The notes beneath the pieces were generated by a model, which saw only the letters and a list, made by a program, of their open reading frames with translations, did no database searches and was not told the origin of the DNA. A program made the translations under genes and the position numbers. Below, piece by piece: positions 10,700 to 22,935 of a stretch of DNA of 64,000 nucleotides; positions within the stretch are counted from its first letter, which is position 1, and every line of letters begins with the position of its first letter. The stretch covers positions 13,764,001 to 13,828,000 of the forward strand of contig JANJGN010000035.1 of NCBI GenBank assembly GCA_026770705.1. The letters run 5' to 3'. The DNA comes from Isurus oxyrinchus (Eukaryota).

Positions 10700-12870
10700 C
10701 ATTGACACACTTAACCTTTCAAGGGGCTTGCCAGGCAATTTTTGGAAGGACATTCCCTATGCCTGGGGATTATAACTGTATAGTTAGGGTGGTAAGGAAG
10801 GAAGGAGGGGTGGACAGGTGACAGTGTTGACTAAGGAGGTCATTGCAGTCATGGAGGGAAAGGATATTCCAAAGGTTTCGAGGGCAGAATCTATTTAGCC
10901 AAATGTAACAAATGTACAATTACATTTCCGGCTTTGCCTAGAGGCCACTAACTACTGGAAAGCGTATTGAAAACAATATTTTGGGAAAATTGTGGAGAAG
11001 ATGAAGAATTATAAATTTGTTATAATAAAGATTTTACTTACCCTAACATAGATGGAGATATAGTGGTGTAAATGCCAGAGAGAGGCAACAATTCCTAGTA
11101 TGTATTCGGTGTAGTTATCTATTACAAAATGTTTACTGTCCAATGACAAATGAAGCAATTCTCAGCCTATTTCTGCAGAATGAAGTGCTTCAGGTGGATC
11201 AGCATAAGTATGTAATCATGCAGTAGGCTACGATTGTGGCCACTTTTAGGCTTAGATTGACTGTGGAAGGAGACAAACGGCCTTCGAAGTTATCATTAAA
11301 TCACTGGGTGAAAGCCAACTGAAATGGGGTAAGAATGCATGTAGCCCAGATGAATATGAAACTGAAATAAATTACCAAATGGCAACTCAACAATGATCTG
11401 TATTTAAAGATGAGATAATCCACGTACAATAAAAGCACATTCCCAAAAAAGGGAAAGGCAGATACAATAAACTCACCGTTTTTTGAATGTGAAAGAGATA
11501 AAGATTGAAAGAAAGTAGAAAGAGCTTACTGAAGTGAGCACCGAGTTTGATACTGTGACCAGGAATCAAGCTAAATTTAGAAGGTTTAAAAGCGGAACTG
11601 AAAAAGCAAACACACGTAGCAAACAGAGTGTATGAGAAGAATCCAGCAGCTAACATAAAGGGTAATCCAAACTCCCACTGTAGACATATAAAGATGAAAA
11701 GATCGGTTAATGGACGATTGGGGTCGATTTTGTGATATAGACATGAAAACAGAGCCATGGCTAATAAGTATTCAAAGAATGTTTTGCATTAGTTTTAGCA
11801 AGGGAGAAGATGGTGTTCCGATATTGTGAAAAGGGGGTATTTAAAACACTTGAAGGCAAAAGGTTTGGCATTATTAAAGAGGAGGCATTGGGTAGCATGC
11901 CAGTACTAAAAGCTCAGAATGTAAAAGGACATGATTAGTTGCATGCAAGCATATTGCATAAAGCTATAGTATAAATTGTAGAGACACTGTTCCGAATTTT
12001 GCAATCTCCCTGTGGTGGTGGCAGAGAACACTAGAATTTCAAAAGCTACCATGTGTTTTTTTTTTACAATGGGCGCTTAGATCAGCCCAGCATTTACAAG
12101 CCAGTCTTTTGAACATCAGCTGCGTGGAGGTTTTAGAAAAGATAATTTGGTACATGAAACTTCACTTGGGCAAATGGGGGTAAATTGAGAAAACCAGCAC
12201 AAATTTGTTAAGGACAAAACTAAATTGTTTAAAGAACCATTCTGCCTTTTTGGCAAGGTAAGAGAGAGCGTTGATAAGGGTAATGAAGCCCATGTAGTGC
12301 ACATGAACCAAAGGAATGCATTTCATAAAGTCGTGCACAATCAACTTGTGAGCAAAATAGAGCTCATGGAAGAAAAGTTCCCGGTGCAATATTGATATGA
12401 AGTCAGCTGAGTGGAAGGAAACAAAGAGTCATGATGAACGTTTATTGCTTTCTTGCGGAGGGTTAAAATTGGAAGTTCCAAGGCATGGTGTCAGGAACCC
12501 TCGGTCTTCCACAATAAGTATTCAAGACCTATACATTTTAGTAGAGGGACCAATTTCAAAATTTGGAGATGATGCGACAATTGGAAAAAAGCTGAACCAC
12601 AAGGAGAATATTGTAACAATTGAAGAGGCCGCTGACAGGTTGGCGTGTAGGCCGGACAAGTGGCAGGTGAACATTTGTTGAGAGAAGAGTGAAGTGATTT
12701 ATTTTTTTCCAAAGAACGTAGAGAAGTAGCATAAAATAAACGTTGCATTCCTGAAGGGTTTGCAGGAATAGAATGTCCTGGCTGTATATGTGCCTGCATC
12801 TAGATGTGGATGCGCAATTTACAGAGTGGTTAAGAAGCAAAAACCATCCTGAGCTTTACAGTAAGGGCTT
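10700..12870 (+). mobile_element. CR1 LINE ORF2 relic (endonuclease to RT), many stops and frameshifts
   Basis: ORF 12397-12681 retains ISKFGDDATIG...DRLACRPDKWQVN (the RT SKFADD region). Confidence 0.85.
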
Positions 12871-12874
12871 GTGT

Positions 12875-14290
12875 CACCATTTCTGTAACCTTTCCAGGCC
12901 CGACATCCTCCTTATATAAGGAAACATCTCCATCCCCTGCAGCATTCCCTTAGTTTCTAACATCCACTTGACCATAGAATCCTCCCTATCTCCGAAAACG
13001 CCTGCAGCACCTTCCAACCCTACCTTTCTGCTTTACATCTTTCAATTCCTTTATAAACCACATACCTCAGTTCCTTGCAACGCTGTCCATATAACACCCT
13101 CTCAGTAAATTCATAAAACGGTCCCTAACACTGCACCTAACATAAGCCACAATAAACCTCAGCTTTCTATGAAACCTGACGAACTTACTACACCTCCTAT
13201 CTCTGTACCTTTCTTCAGCTACTTAAACCTTCTGTACCACTCATCGAACCCCTTATACACCTTCATTTCGCTGTAACTATCTCCTCCCCTTCAACACTTA
13301 CATTATCTTTAACCTCTTCCAGACATAAAACACTTCTTACCTCTGGAATGTCCTCCATCCTCATCAATCCTCGCTTTGTCTGTAAAATTCTCCAGCCCCT
13401 ACAATCACCCTATCCCTGTAACATTCTCCAGCCCCTACAACAGTCTCCTATCTCGGAAACTTCACCAGCTTCTACCACTTTCTTGCTGACTGAAAACTTC
13501 GGATGCCACAACAACTCTTCTTAACTAGGAAGACTCCTCTCGCACCTAGCACTCTTCCAATCTCTATTACATCCTCAAGGCATATAACATTTCCTATCTC
13601 TGTAATCTGTTCCAGCCCCTGTAATGCCTCTGTTTATGTAACGCTCTCCTGGCAATAAAACACCCTTATCAGTTTAACCTCCACCAGCGCCCACAGACCT
13701 CCAAAATTCTGTAACATCCATCAATCCAACAATGCTCGCTACGTCTGTAACATCCAGTCCGACAACCCTTCATCTCACTGTATACTCCTCCAGCTCCTAC
13801 TACAGTTTCCATTTTAGTAACCAACTCCAGCCCCTACAACCACCCAATCCCTGTCACCTCCGTCAAATCCTACAAACCCCTAATTCCATAACCTGCTCCA
13901 AACTCTACATTTCTCCCTATCTCTGTAATTCCCTCCAGCCCCTGCAAACCTCCCCATCTCTGGAACCTCCTCCAGCCTCTTCAAGCCTCCATATCTTGGC
14001 AGCCTCCTCCAGCACCTACAGCACTATGTTACTCTGTAACATTTGTCAGTGCCATTTCAGCAGCATTCTCCAGCCATTACATCCATCCCTATGACTATAA
14101 CCTCCGTGTAACGTTTCCTATCTCTCTAAAAGTCTCCATCCATTACAGCTCCCCCTAGTTTTGTAATCTGCTCCGGATCCTGCAATCATCCCTAATACTG
14201 TAACCACCTCCAGTCCCCACAGCCCTTCCTTTTTCTGCACCTCCTCGAGCTCCTGCAAACCATTCAACTCTGTAACGAACTTCAAACCTG
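12875..14290 (+). repeat. Degenerate minisatellite of about 36-37 bp (ctccagcccctacaaccctccctatctctgtaacct)
   Basis: Many imperfect copies, e.g. at 13390, 13426 and 13915; translates as PYLCNxLQP, typical of the L2 ORF2 C-terminus. Confidence 0.8.
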
Positions 14291-14581
14291 TCAATCATTA
14301 CAACTATGCTTTTACTGGCAGCTTACTCAATGCAACCTGTCTATAACGTTTTCTATATTACAACACTAACTACAATTTTAAAGAAGTCATTCAATATCGC
14401 GATATTACATTTGGCATGTTATAGTTCGTGAAATGCAAGTTTTGGTTATGCATCTGCTTTGCTATCACTCACTCATGACATACATTCACACAAGACACAA
14501 TTTCACTGAATGGATTATTTTGTCTTCTATTATTTAGACTGCACTATGTCCTGTTGTAAGTAAAGCACAATGTTTTGTGCT

Positions 14582-14757
14582 TATGTTACTGGGCAAATAT
14601 TCCAGGGTACAGAAGTGTAGGGTTTATTTACTAGACTAATAATCCAAGGTACAGGAGTGTAGAATTTAAGTTACCAAACTAATAATCCATGGAACAGTAG
14701 TGTCAGTTTTATGTTACTGGGCTGGTAATAACGGCAGTGTAGGGGTCATGTTTCTGC
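14582..14757 (+). repeat. About 42-bp tandem repeat, roughly 4 copies
   Basis: atgttactggactaataatccagggtacaggagtgtag-like unit repeated. Confidence 0.7.
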
Positions 14758-14969
14758 AATAATTGTGTTGAACGCAGATTCAATAACTAGTTGTTAAATG
14801 TGACCTGATTGGATGTATTCCTTCGGCTTGCCAAGCAGAACACAGATATCCAGGCAAATTGATTCACTCTTCTACTTAAATGCAAAACACAATGACGCCT
14901 CTTGCATGCAGATTCAGATACACCTGATGTGACACACAATAACCATTTACCAACCTGATTAGCTGTCAC

Positions 14970-16300
14970 TTATTTAGCAGTTAAGCTACAGCCAAATCCA
15001 CAGACAAAGAAGAGAAATCAATAAGAGAAGTGCAACATTTGAGACGTTACTCCCTCCATTCAGTACGTAACAATCGCTGGAGTGCAACTTGAGTTAAGCA
15101 CAACTTGGCTTTACAGTGTAGAAACATCAACACAGAAGTCCCTGCTCAACAGCCCACGTTGACCATTAACAAGTCCAGGCAGCGGAGGATCAAGGGTGTC
15201 TTATGACCCAACTGTCTGTGCCTGTTTGTGGCTATTTCCGCAGCCAGGCATCCCTTGACAGGTAGCGCATGGTCTCTGCCGGCACTGGTCAGGCCATCTG
15301 TGTTCGGCGGGCAACGTGGAAACTGGGGTGTTTCATTGACTCTGTTAACCATATTTAGATTTAATGTTTGTTAATTTACTTTAAATTTTGTCTTGATTTT
15401 GCAGTTTCCCTTTAAGAGGCTGATCATTACTTTCTTCCTAATTTTGTTATTTTTTTTCATTTGGTTGACTCAGAAGAGTTAAACGGAACAGAAAAGATTT
15501 GTAAAAAAATGTTATTTCAGTCATTTTGTATCAGAGAACTTGAGTGCTGCTGAAAAAAAGACATATCAAGCCTTTCCACCTTGCACTCATTGGGCCGTTT
15601 GGTAGGCTTGCCAAGTGACCTGATGAGTACAAGGTGAAATGTTTCAACATTTCTCTTTTTTCATCAATGCTCAAGTTGATAATTACAATTTTTGACGTGA
15701 ATGTCACTGAAATCTTTGGGCTGACCATATCCAACACTCATGGATTATTTCTGAATGCCCATGGTGATGCACTTAATGAATTTGCTGCGCATAAACTTTG
15801 AGCTCCAAATTAAAGCGCATTGGATCAGAAAGGCTGTGGTGCACACACGGCAGGTCTGCACTGGAAGGAATGACTGGGTATCCAGAAATGTACTCTTAAC
15901 TCCATTGTGATCATAATTCACCAACGCCCAAGGAGACAATTTCCCTCCAGCTCCCAAGAAGAGATATGCCTCTTAGATTAGGGGAATTGTATGGACAATG
16001 TTTGCAGAAATCTTTGCACAAGATGCAAATGTTTCTTTTTTTACTAATTTGTTGAATGGTATGTGAGCATCGCTGGCCTGTCCATTATTTATTGTCCATT
16101 TCCAATTCTCTTTGTTCAGAGGGCAGTTAAGAGACAACCACCTTGCCTTTGGTCCGGAGCCACATGTCTGTCAGGCAAAGAAAAGCGGCAGATTAACTTC
16201 CCTCGAGAACATTAGTGAACCAGGTGAATTTTAATTGCACTCAACAGTGGTTTCATGGATACCTTTAAACTTTATGTAAATTCCAGATATTTATTGAATG
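14970..16300. repeat. Duplicated block, paralog of about 59890-60930
   Basis: e.g. 15826 cagaaaggctgtggtgcacacacggcagg vs 60606 cagaaaggctgttctgcacacgtggcagt. Confidence 0.85.
15537..15677. mobile_element. Old palindromic element with two divergent hammerhead-like cores
   Basis: Left arm aacttgagtgctgctgaaaaaaagacat...cttgcactcattggg is the approximate reverse complement of right arm cctgatgagtacaaggtgaaa...ttttttcatcaatgctcaagtt. Confidence 0.7.
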
Positions 16301-16405
16301 CTAATTTAGCCAACTGCTTTGGAAGGATTCAAACCGGGTCAAGAGTGCATTAGCCTGGTTCTCCGGAATACAAATCTTGTGGCAAACATTATATTTTGCC
16401 GCCTC
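16045..16405 (-). mobile_element. tRNA-derived SINE, near full length
   Basis: Reverse tail, body and head (ggattcaaaccgggtc...gccgcctccc). Confidence 0.75.
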
Positions 16406-16414
16406 CCTACATGT

Positions 16415-16660
16415 ATCTTGAGGAATTTTTTTCACACGCCGGCTTTGGGTATGGTATGCACGGCCTGGAATTATGTTGGAGGGAGCTACAATCGGGGCTT
16501 TCAAGAGGCCATTAGATGATTATTTCAATATAAGCAATGTTCAGGCGTCGGGGGGAAAAGTTAGGGCAATGGCAATAAGTGATAATGCTCATTTTCAGAG
16601 TCAGTGTCGGATGCGATGGGCAGAAATTCTCCTGCTGTGCTGCAAAAATTCTGTGACATA
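16415..16660 (+). mobile_element. CR1 3' end fragment
   Basis: ttcaagaggccattagatgatta...gatgggcagaaattctcctgctgtgctg. Confidence 0.65.
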
Positions 16661-17029
16661 ATTTAATCTTAACAGGCTTTACAGAACAGCAGTAGGCCGT
16701 CTACACCAGGCACATGAGTAATACTGGCCAGGGGAGAAACGAAAGTCAGCATTTGGATTGCATTTGGGGACACTTTGGGCTCCATTCAACTTTGTAGCAT
16801 GTCGAACTTCATTGTGCATCAAGGGGTCACTGGCTTTTCAAATGGTGCGTCCAATATCTTTAACCTGTGCTGTTCAACACATGGGCGAGCAAACATCTGG
16901 TCCTTCTGAAGTAAATACCGCAATAAAAGTGACCTCTACTGTGAGCCTGCAAATAACACGTAGTCACACCAAATGATAGACACGCCAGAGCTGAAAGTAG
17001 GCATGTATTTTTAAAGAGACAGTTCCAAG

Positions 17030-17796
17030 AGATTCAACCCCTCTTTAAGTTTCCCTCGAGGAGGCCGTTGTTGGCAACAGACCATTGCCCAACTGCTTGT
17101 GGAATGTGCTGTGCAAAGACTTCTGGAGAGAGGTACAGTGTTTTATCTTTTTGTCGAGATTCCTCCCGAACAGCTCCGTGACACAGTGATCTATGCCTTA
17201 TGGGCTGTTCCCACAGAGATGCACAACGAGATAAACATCAATTGCAGCTGGAGGATGATCAACTGGGTGAAATGAACTCTTTTCAATTACCGAAACGTAT
17301 TGGCCTTTCAGTGCAAAATGTTGCCCCCGGCCAAGTCTTGTACACTGGCACATAACAAATCCAAAGACTATGTGATGAGTGATGCACTAAAGGTTTGATC
17401 GCCTGCTGCACTGATGCAATGGGGAAAGGCCGCTCCCTAAAGTATTTCAGCTATAGCACACGGAGGGTCCTAGAATGTTATAGACCCCTCGAATTGCATA
17501 AAACTTATTGAATGTATCCAGTGAATACTAAATGTATCATAATTGTACTGAAGCTCCTCAGAACGCTACACGATCTAGGTAGGCAAATTACAAAACAGTG
17601 CAATGACGGCTGATTACTACTATTGTCAATGCTATAATGTTCCTTCATAGAATTGAAGTAACTCAGAGTGTGAAATGGTCCTTGTAGGAAATTTGAAAGT
17701 GATTGCAGTTTCTGAGATGGCGATTTTGAAATGTTTTTTTTTTATTGCACTTTCAGGTACTTTATCAATCAAATATACTTTTTCCAAAAAAAAAAG
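17030..17796 (+). mobile_element. L1/Tx1-clade non-LTR retrotransposon 3' end with poly(A)
   Basis: Decayed ORF2 C-terminus (LSRFLPNSSVTQ, INCSWRMIN, DYVMSDALK, QWGKA), then a UTR ending in an A run. Confidence 0.7.
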
Positions 17797-18649
17797 GCAT
17801 TTTTGACAGGTTGTCGTATGCTCTTGGTATTCCCCTCCATTAAACGCAGGAGGTCACTCGATTGGCCATCACGGCCCAGGTCAATTGCACTCCCCGCATG
17901 AGCGCTTGTTTGCTTTATTAATTTACATGGTTTGGCGATGCTGGCTCTGCCAACATCTGGAAATAGACTGGGCATTGTACGAGAGCCCCCTTTCTTCCCT
18001 AATATTTATTAAATCTGAGCGGCCAGCACTCCATTTTTAAACGTTCAAATCATAAGACATTTTGAAGTAAAATTGCCTGGAAGAAAAATGGTACAACCAA
18101 GTTCAGGAGGGTGGTGGTCTGGAAGGACAAAATGCAGAAAACACTTCACGCAGATAAATGGGAAGAGGTGTGATTTGACAAGAATTAGGCGGAAATGTAA
18201 CTTCAACTTCAAAACAAATAAGAAGTCTGCAAGTGAATGCGAATGGGACTGAAAGGCATTGGGACATAAGTACATTCATCCTAGAAAATGACGTCAATTT
18301 GTAAAAGCTCTAAAAACAACTACGTATTTTGCGTTATAGACTGCCTAATGTACCCATATTTAACTGGGTCAAATGTATCGCGATCAGAACAACATCATGC
18401 ACTGACCCCTGAGGGGTGAAAGTAACGGTGACTCATCACTATGTGGAATAAGCGGTTGGAAAATGCGCTTTTACGCCACTATTAACACAGCTGAATATCA
18501 CTGTAAGCACAACTGGATGCTAAGCTTTCTATTCCACAGGCTTTGGATTGTGAGCAAACAGAACCAGAATGGCTGATTTCCAACAATGAGGAACATTATG
18601 CATGGTACGAAATCAGCAAGGGCCCTTAGTCAGCACCATTCAAACCAAC

Positions 18650-18940
18650 AATAACTACAAACTTGAAGGACCATTTCAACAGATTGATGGGAACACCAGC
18701 ACCAGGGAATTCACATCCAAGTTACTCACGACCCTGACTCGGGAATATATCACCGTTCTTTCACATTCCCGGCTCAAAATCCTGGAACTCCTTCCCTAAC
18801 AGCACTGTGGGTGCAGCACTGTAAACTACAAGGTTTGTAGCGGCTCAAGAATGGTGCTGGCCAGTAGTTCTCGAAGGGTAAATAGGGATGGGCAATAAAT
18901 GCAGCCCAAGCCAGTGAAGCCCACATCCCGTTAATGGCTT
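18650..18940 (+). mobile_element. CR1/L2-superfamily LINE 3' fragment
   Basis: aaaatcctggaactccttccctaacagcactgtgggtg...gggatgggcaataaatgc. Confidence 0.8.
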
Positions 18941-19239
18941 AATAGAAGTGCAGCGATTTCGGAATGGACAGAGGGAAAGAACCTGCCTCATGACAAGCAA
19001 TTTCCTTTAGAATGTGTCCACTCACCTGACCTGGACCGTAACATCTTTCCAGACCCAATCGTGTTAATTGCTTCTTCAGCTGCCATTTATTGATTTAAAC
19101 ACGTAAACCGCTCAGCATTCTAACAGCATCGCTGAGGAGAAAAATAAGGTTAAGGCCCACGATAACTGTTTTTCCCCTCACTAATTTTTTATGAAAATTC
19201 GTTCTCCAAGTTTAGTCCTACGATCAAATTCTACCCTTG

Positions 19240-19345
19240 ATGTGAAAACAGATAGTGCTGATAAATCTCAGCACGTTTGGCAGCAAGCTTGAACAGAGAA
19301 ACTGAGTGAACGTTTCGAGTTCCAATGACTCTATCCTTGAAGGTC
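19240..19345 (-). mobile_element. Penelope-like terminal repeat relic
   Basis: gctgataaatctcagcacgtttggcagc...gagagaaactgagtgaacgtttcgagt. Confidence 0.6.
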
Positions 19346-19829
19346 CATAATCTTTGAAGAAATTAATCCTGATCCTAAAATCACGAAGCTCTTAAAGTTA
19401 TATTTCAGCAGGAAGGTTGATAGGCATCAGATACTGAGTTCAGTTAATCGATAGATCTGAAACCTAATCCTGTCCTATTATAATTGAATTGTCTGAGCTC
19501 CGCTTACAATGTCACATCATCTCCGGAGGAGTCGGAGAGAAGTGGTGGTGTGGTAGTTATCATTTCACCAATCACATTACAGGGCACAATCACCGCGATA
19601 TTTCTTTCAAATATCGCTTGTTCTTCGCTGGTTTCAACTGACTGATGAGCTCCAGACCGAAAACAGCGATTGGGCTTAAAGGCTGACATCCTGGATATTC
19701 AAGAGGACCCTGCATTAAAGCAGGCCACTCTACCCAATGAGATTCATTAAATGGATAAGGGAGAACAGGGTCACTAGTCAGTTTTTGATTTCCGTTAAGG
19801 ACCCATTCACCCTACCACAAGCAGCTGGC

Positions 19830-20450
19830 CATCCACCAACATCAGCCCTCAGACATTCCAATCCTCTCCCTCCTCCCTGCCTCCTAAAACAGAACAAAAA
19901 TCTCCACACCTATCCCGCACCCACCTCCACCTTCCTACCCTTCACCCGTCAACATCCACACTCAGCCCAACTGCTAAACCCTGCCTACCCAAAGCACAAA
20001 CAATCACAGACCATCTGCACACCATGTCACTCCTCCCTGCCTCCACAACACACCAAATCCACCTACACACCGCCTTCTCCCTGCATCCACAGCCCTACAT
20101 TTTCCTCTCCTTGCCCCATGCGCCCTACCCGCCCTACCCAACAACAAACCCTCGACCATTTCATCCCCGCCCCTGGTGCATAAACAACTCAATCAGCAAC
20201 ATCCCCGCAGCTGCCATAACATCATCTCCGGATTACCACAACCAGCCACCAACATAACCCAACCACCCGATGTCCACCTCCTTCACCCTGCACCCTATCA
20301 ACACCAGTTCACCCACCCCACCTCACAACCCCTCCAACATACCACCCCAACCCTCCAACATGCTCTCGTCGACAAACCCCAATTCCCTTCTCCATACCAT
20401 ATCACCCACGCCCCCCATGCCCCAACAACCAACGCCACCCGTTAGGCCCA
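19830..20450. repeat. C/A-rich low-complexity tract
   Basis: G is strongly depleted on the + strand; this generates the Pro/His/Thr-rich ORFs. Confidence 0.75.
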
Positions 20451-20451
20451 A

Positions 20452-20600
20452 TTAAAAGCAAAATGCTACGGATGATGGAAATTTAAAATAAAAACTACTA
20501 AGAAAATTCTGCAAACCGTCAGCACGTCGGATAGCATCTTTGAAGAGGGAAACTGTGTTGAATTTTCTAGACCATATCAACCTTCCTTGATGTTCTACTG
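20452..20600 (-). mobile_element. Penelope-like terminal repeat relic
   Basis: taaaagcaaaatgctacggatgatggaaattt...gcatctttgaagagggaaac. Confidence 0.6.
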
Positions 20601-21229
20601 TGTACGGATTAGTCATGTCACTAATCCGGGGTATAATTTGTGGGCTTCCTTTTAAACAGTCAATTTCCTTTAGTGACAAGTATAGATACTTGTAGGGGCA
20701 AAGGGGCTGTGTTTCACAATGGGCATTTGTGAAAGCTGCTGGTTGTGGAACGTGCTGTCCATTCAACATCACACCCTATCTGACCTTGTCGTTACCCGAA
20801 CACCTGCAATTTGTGGACAGGGCTCTCTTTGATTTCGCCCTCTGAAATGTACATTGCCTTTCAAAATAAAAAAAAAAACTACCTGAATGTGATGAATAAA
20901 AGCGCTTAAATGTTGCAACACCTCCTCTGATAACTGAAAGTGTTCAGCCTGAAAGGTTCAATCGAGTTCTTGCTACCAACTGCAACCTAACCCTGATTTA
21001 TATCCCGTGTGGATGTGTTGCTCATTTATTTTCTGTTTTGAACTTCCAGACCCACACTCCCAGCTGTGCCTCAGTATTCCAGCAGTGGCCATAGACTGAG
21101 TACCGGGGATATGTATCCATTCCTGTTTTCATACAAAATGAACTATCCGTATTATACCCCCAAAGGGAGATCAGTTAGGGAGACCAGCAGCATTTGGTTG
21201 GCACAGTGAGCTTTAGAATGCAATTGATC

Positions 21230-22075
21230 ATCTCCATGTGAGAGAAGCAGTCCATGTCCAAATGCAGCAATATGCGGACTTGGGCTGATAAGTGGAAAAT
21301 AACATTCGTGCCACACAACTGTCAGACAATGACAACTTCCAACAAGTGATAATACAACCATCGGCCCTTGACATTCATTGGCATTACCATCACTGAATCC
21401 CCGAAAATCAACATGCTAGGGGTTCCATTGACCTGAAAGTGAATTCTACTAGACGTGTCAATATGGAGGGTACAAGGGAAGGTCAGAGGCGATGCAACCC
21501 GCGGCGTGTAACTCAGCCCCTGACTCCCCAGATTCTGTCCTAAATCTACAAGGCACAGGTCAGGAGTTTGTTGGAATAATCCCGTCAAGCCAGGATGAGT
21601 GCAGCTCCCACAAGACAGAAGAAGAATAAGACCAATCATATCAAATCAGCTCGCTTGATTGGCACACCATCCACAAACCTTCATTCGCTCCACCACCGAT
21701 GCACCGTAGCAGCATTGTGTACCGTCCAGAAGATGCACTGCAGGAATTCATCAAGGCCACTTAGGCAGCAAATCCAAAACACAAGACCACAACAATATAG
21801 AAGGACAAATGCATCAGGTAGATGGGAATACCACCATTTGGAAGCTCCCCTCAAGTCCATCCGCATCCTGACTTGGAAATACATCGGCCGTTCCATCACA
21901 TTTGCTGGATCAATATCCTGGAACTTCTTTCCTAATGAGAATTGTGGGTGTTCCTTCACCACATGGGCTGCAGCGGTTCAAGAAGTCAGGTCACCGCCAT
22001 TTTCTTGAAAGGCAATTATGATTGAGCAATAGATGCTGGCATGGCCAGCGAAGACCACATCCCATTATTGAATTT
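21230..22075 (+). mobile_element. CR1/L2-superfamily LINE, RT C-terminus and tail
   Basis: ORF 21595-22008 MSAAPT...ARLIGTPSTNLHSLHHRCTVAALC; upstream gggctgataagtggaaaataacattcgtgccacaca. Confidence 0.85.
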
Positions 22076-22664
22076 TTTAAAAAAGTAACTTTATTCTCCT
22101 ATCCCTAGTTTTTCCATTAATGGTGTATTTCACGTTCGAAGTTAATTTATCCACATGTGTGATGCTGATATCTTGTTTTGTAACTCAGACGTGCAGAACT
22201 ATTTCCAATCTCATCTGTCTCTATTTCGCAAAGAGAAGGAACATATCCAATCTTATTTCTTCATTTACTGATTCATCAACTTGCGTGTAACACAATGTAA
22301 AATTCGAACAATATTTTCCATTCTTGTTTTCAAGCAACATAATCCAAATTTTGCAGAGTAAAAGGATATTATTTAATTCAATGTGACCTGTAACAGCTTC
22401 CATTCATAAAGTAAAGTCGACATTCATATTAAAGCAAATGGAATTTAACTTAAGGAGAGATATTTCAATGACGATGTGATACAAGGTGAAAATAAATAAA
22501 TCGCGTGAGACATTAGCTATGATGATAGTTGTGCTGAAATGTGCCTTCAAAAAAAGGGCCTTGAGATTAGCAGATGAATGTCAAGCTGAAAGCGGACATT
22601 CACAAATACTGATCGATTGGAGGGAATATTTTGTAAAAAAAAAATCATTCACGGAACCTAGGCC

Positions 22665-22935
22665 GGGTCCAAATGTATTGCTCATCTATAACTGACATTG
22701 TTCAAAGGGCATTTAAGGATCAAACATTACTGGGGACCTGGAGTAGCATGTAGGCCAGAAGAGGTAATGAGCTGTGTTTACTTAAGTTTTCGTTGTCATC
22801 AGCAAACTTTGAGATACACTATTTTATAACCACTGGCTTCGAATTCTAATTGCATTACTCACTAGTGCGGGATTTGATACTATGTCAACATGATATTCAT
22901 CCATTCTATGAACCCACGGACAAAACCATGATGTT
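22665..22935 (-). mobile_element. tRNA-derived SINE, decayed
   Basis: ttgttcaaagggcatttaag...ctggagtagcatgtaggccag...gcgggatttga. Confidence 0.55.

Larger units (their letters stand above)
1..12870. repeat. Segmental duplication, copy A (paralog of about 34450-48070)
   Basis: Collinear anchors include 605 cagaaggttacagctctcacaatttag vs 35035 cagaagtttacagcactcacaatttag and 1089-1125 vs 35513-35549 (35/37 identical). tRNA relics and TE fragments occur in the same order. Confidence 0.9.
18209..19690 (-). pseudogene. Candidate 3-exon relic (19690-19508, 19131-19026, 18280-18209)
   Basis: Donors GTAAGC and GTGAGT, acceptor ttatttttctcctcAG. The spliced frame has one in-frame TAA in the middle exon. 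No family recognised. Confidence 0.3.

Noticed and set aside
13732-14094. 120-aa ORF
   Set aside because: Product of the minisatellite.
14582-14757. CRISPR-like periodicity
   Set aside because: Degenerate contiguous units without unique spacers, eukaryotic context and no cas genes.
19737-20455. Overlapping Pro/His/Thr-rich ORFs
   Set aside because: Low-complexity C/A tract that lacks stop codons by composition.
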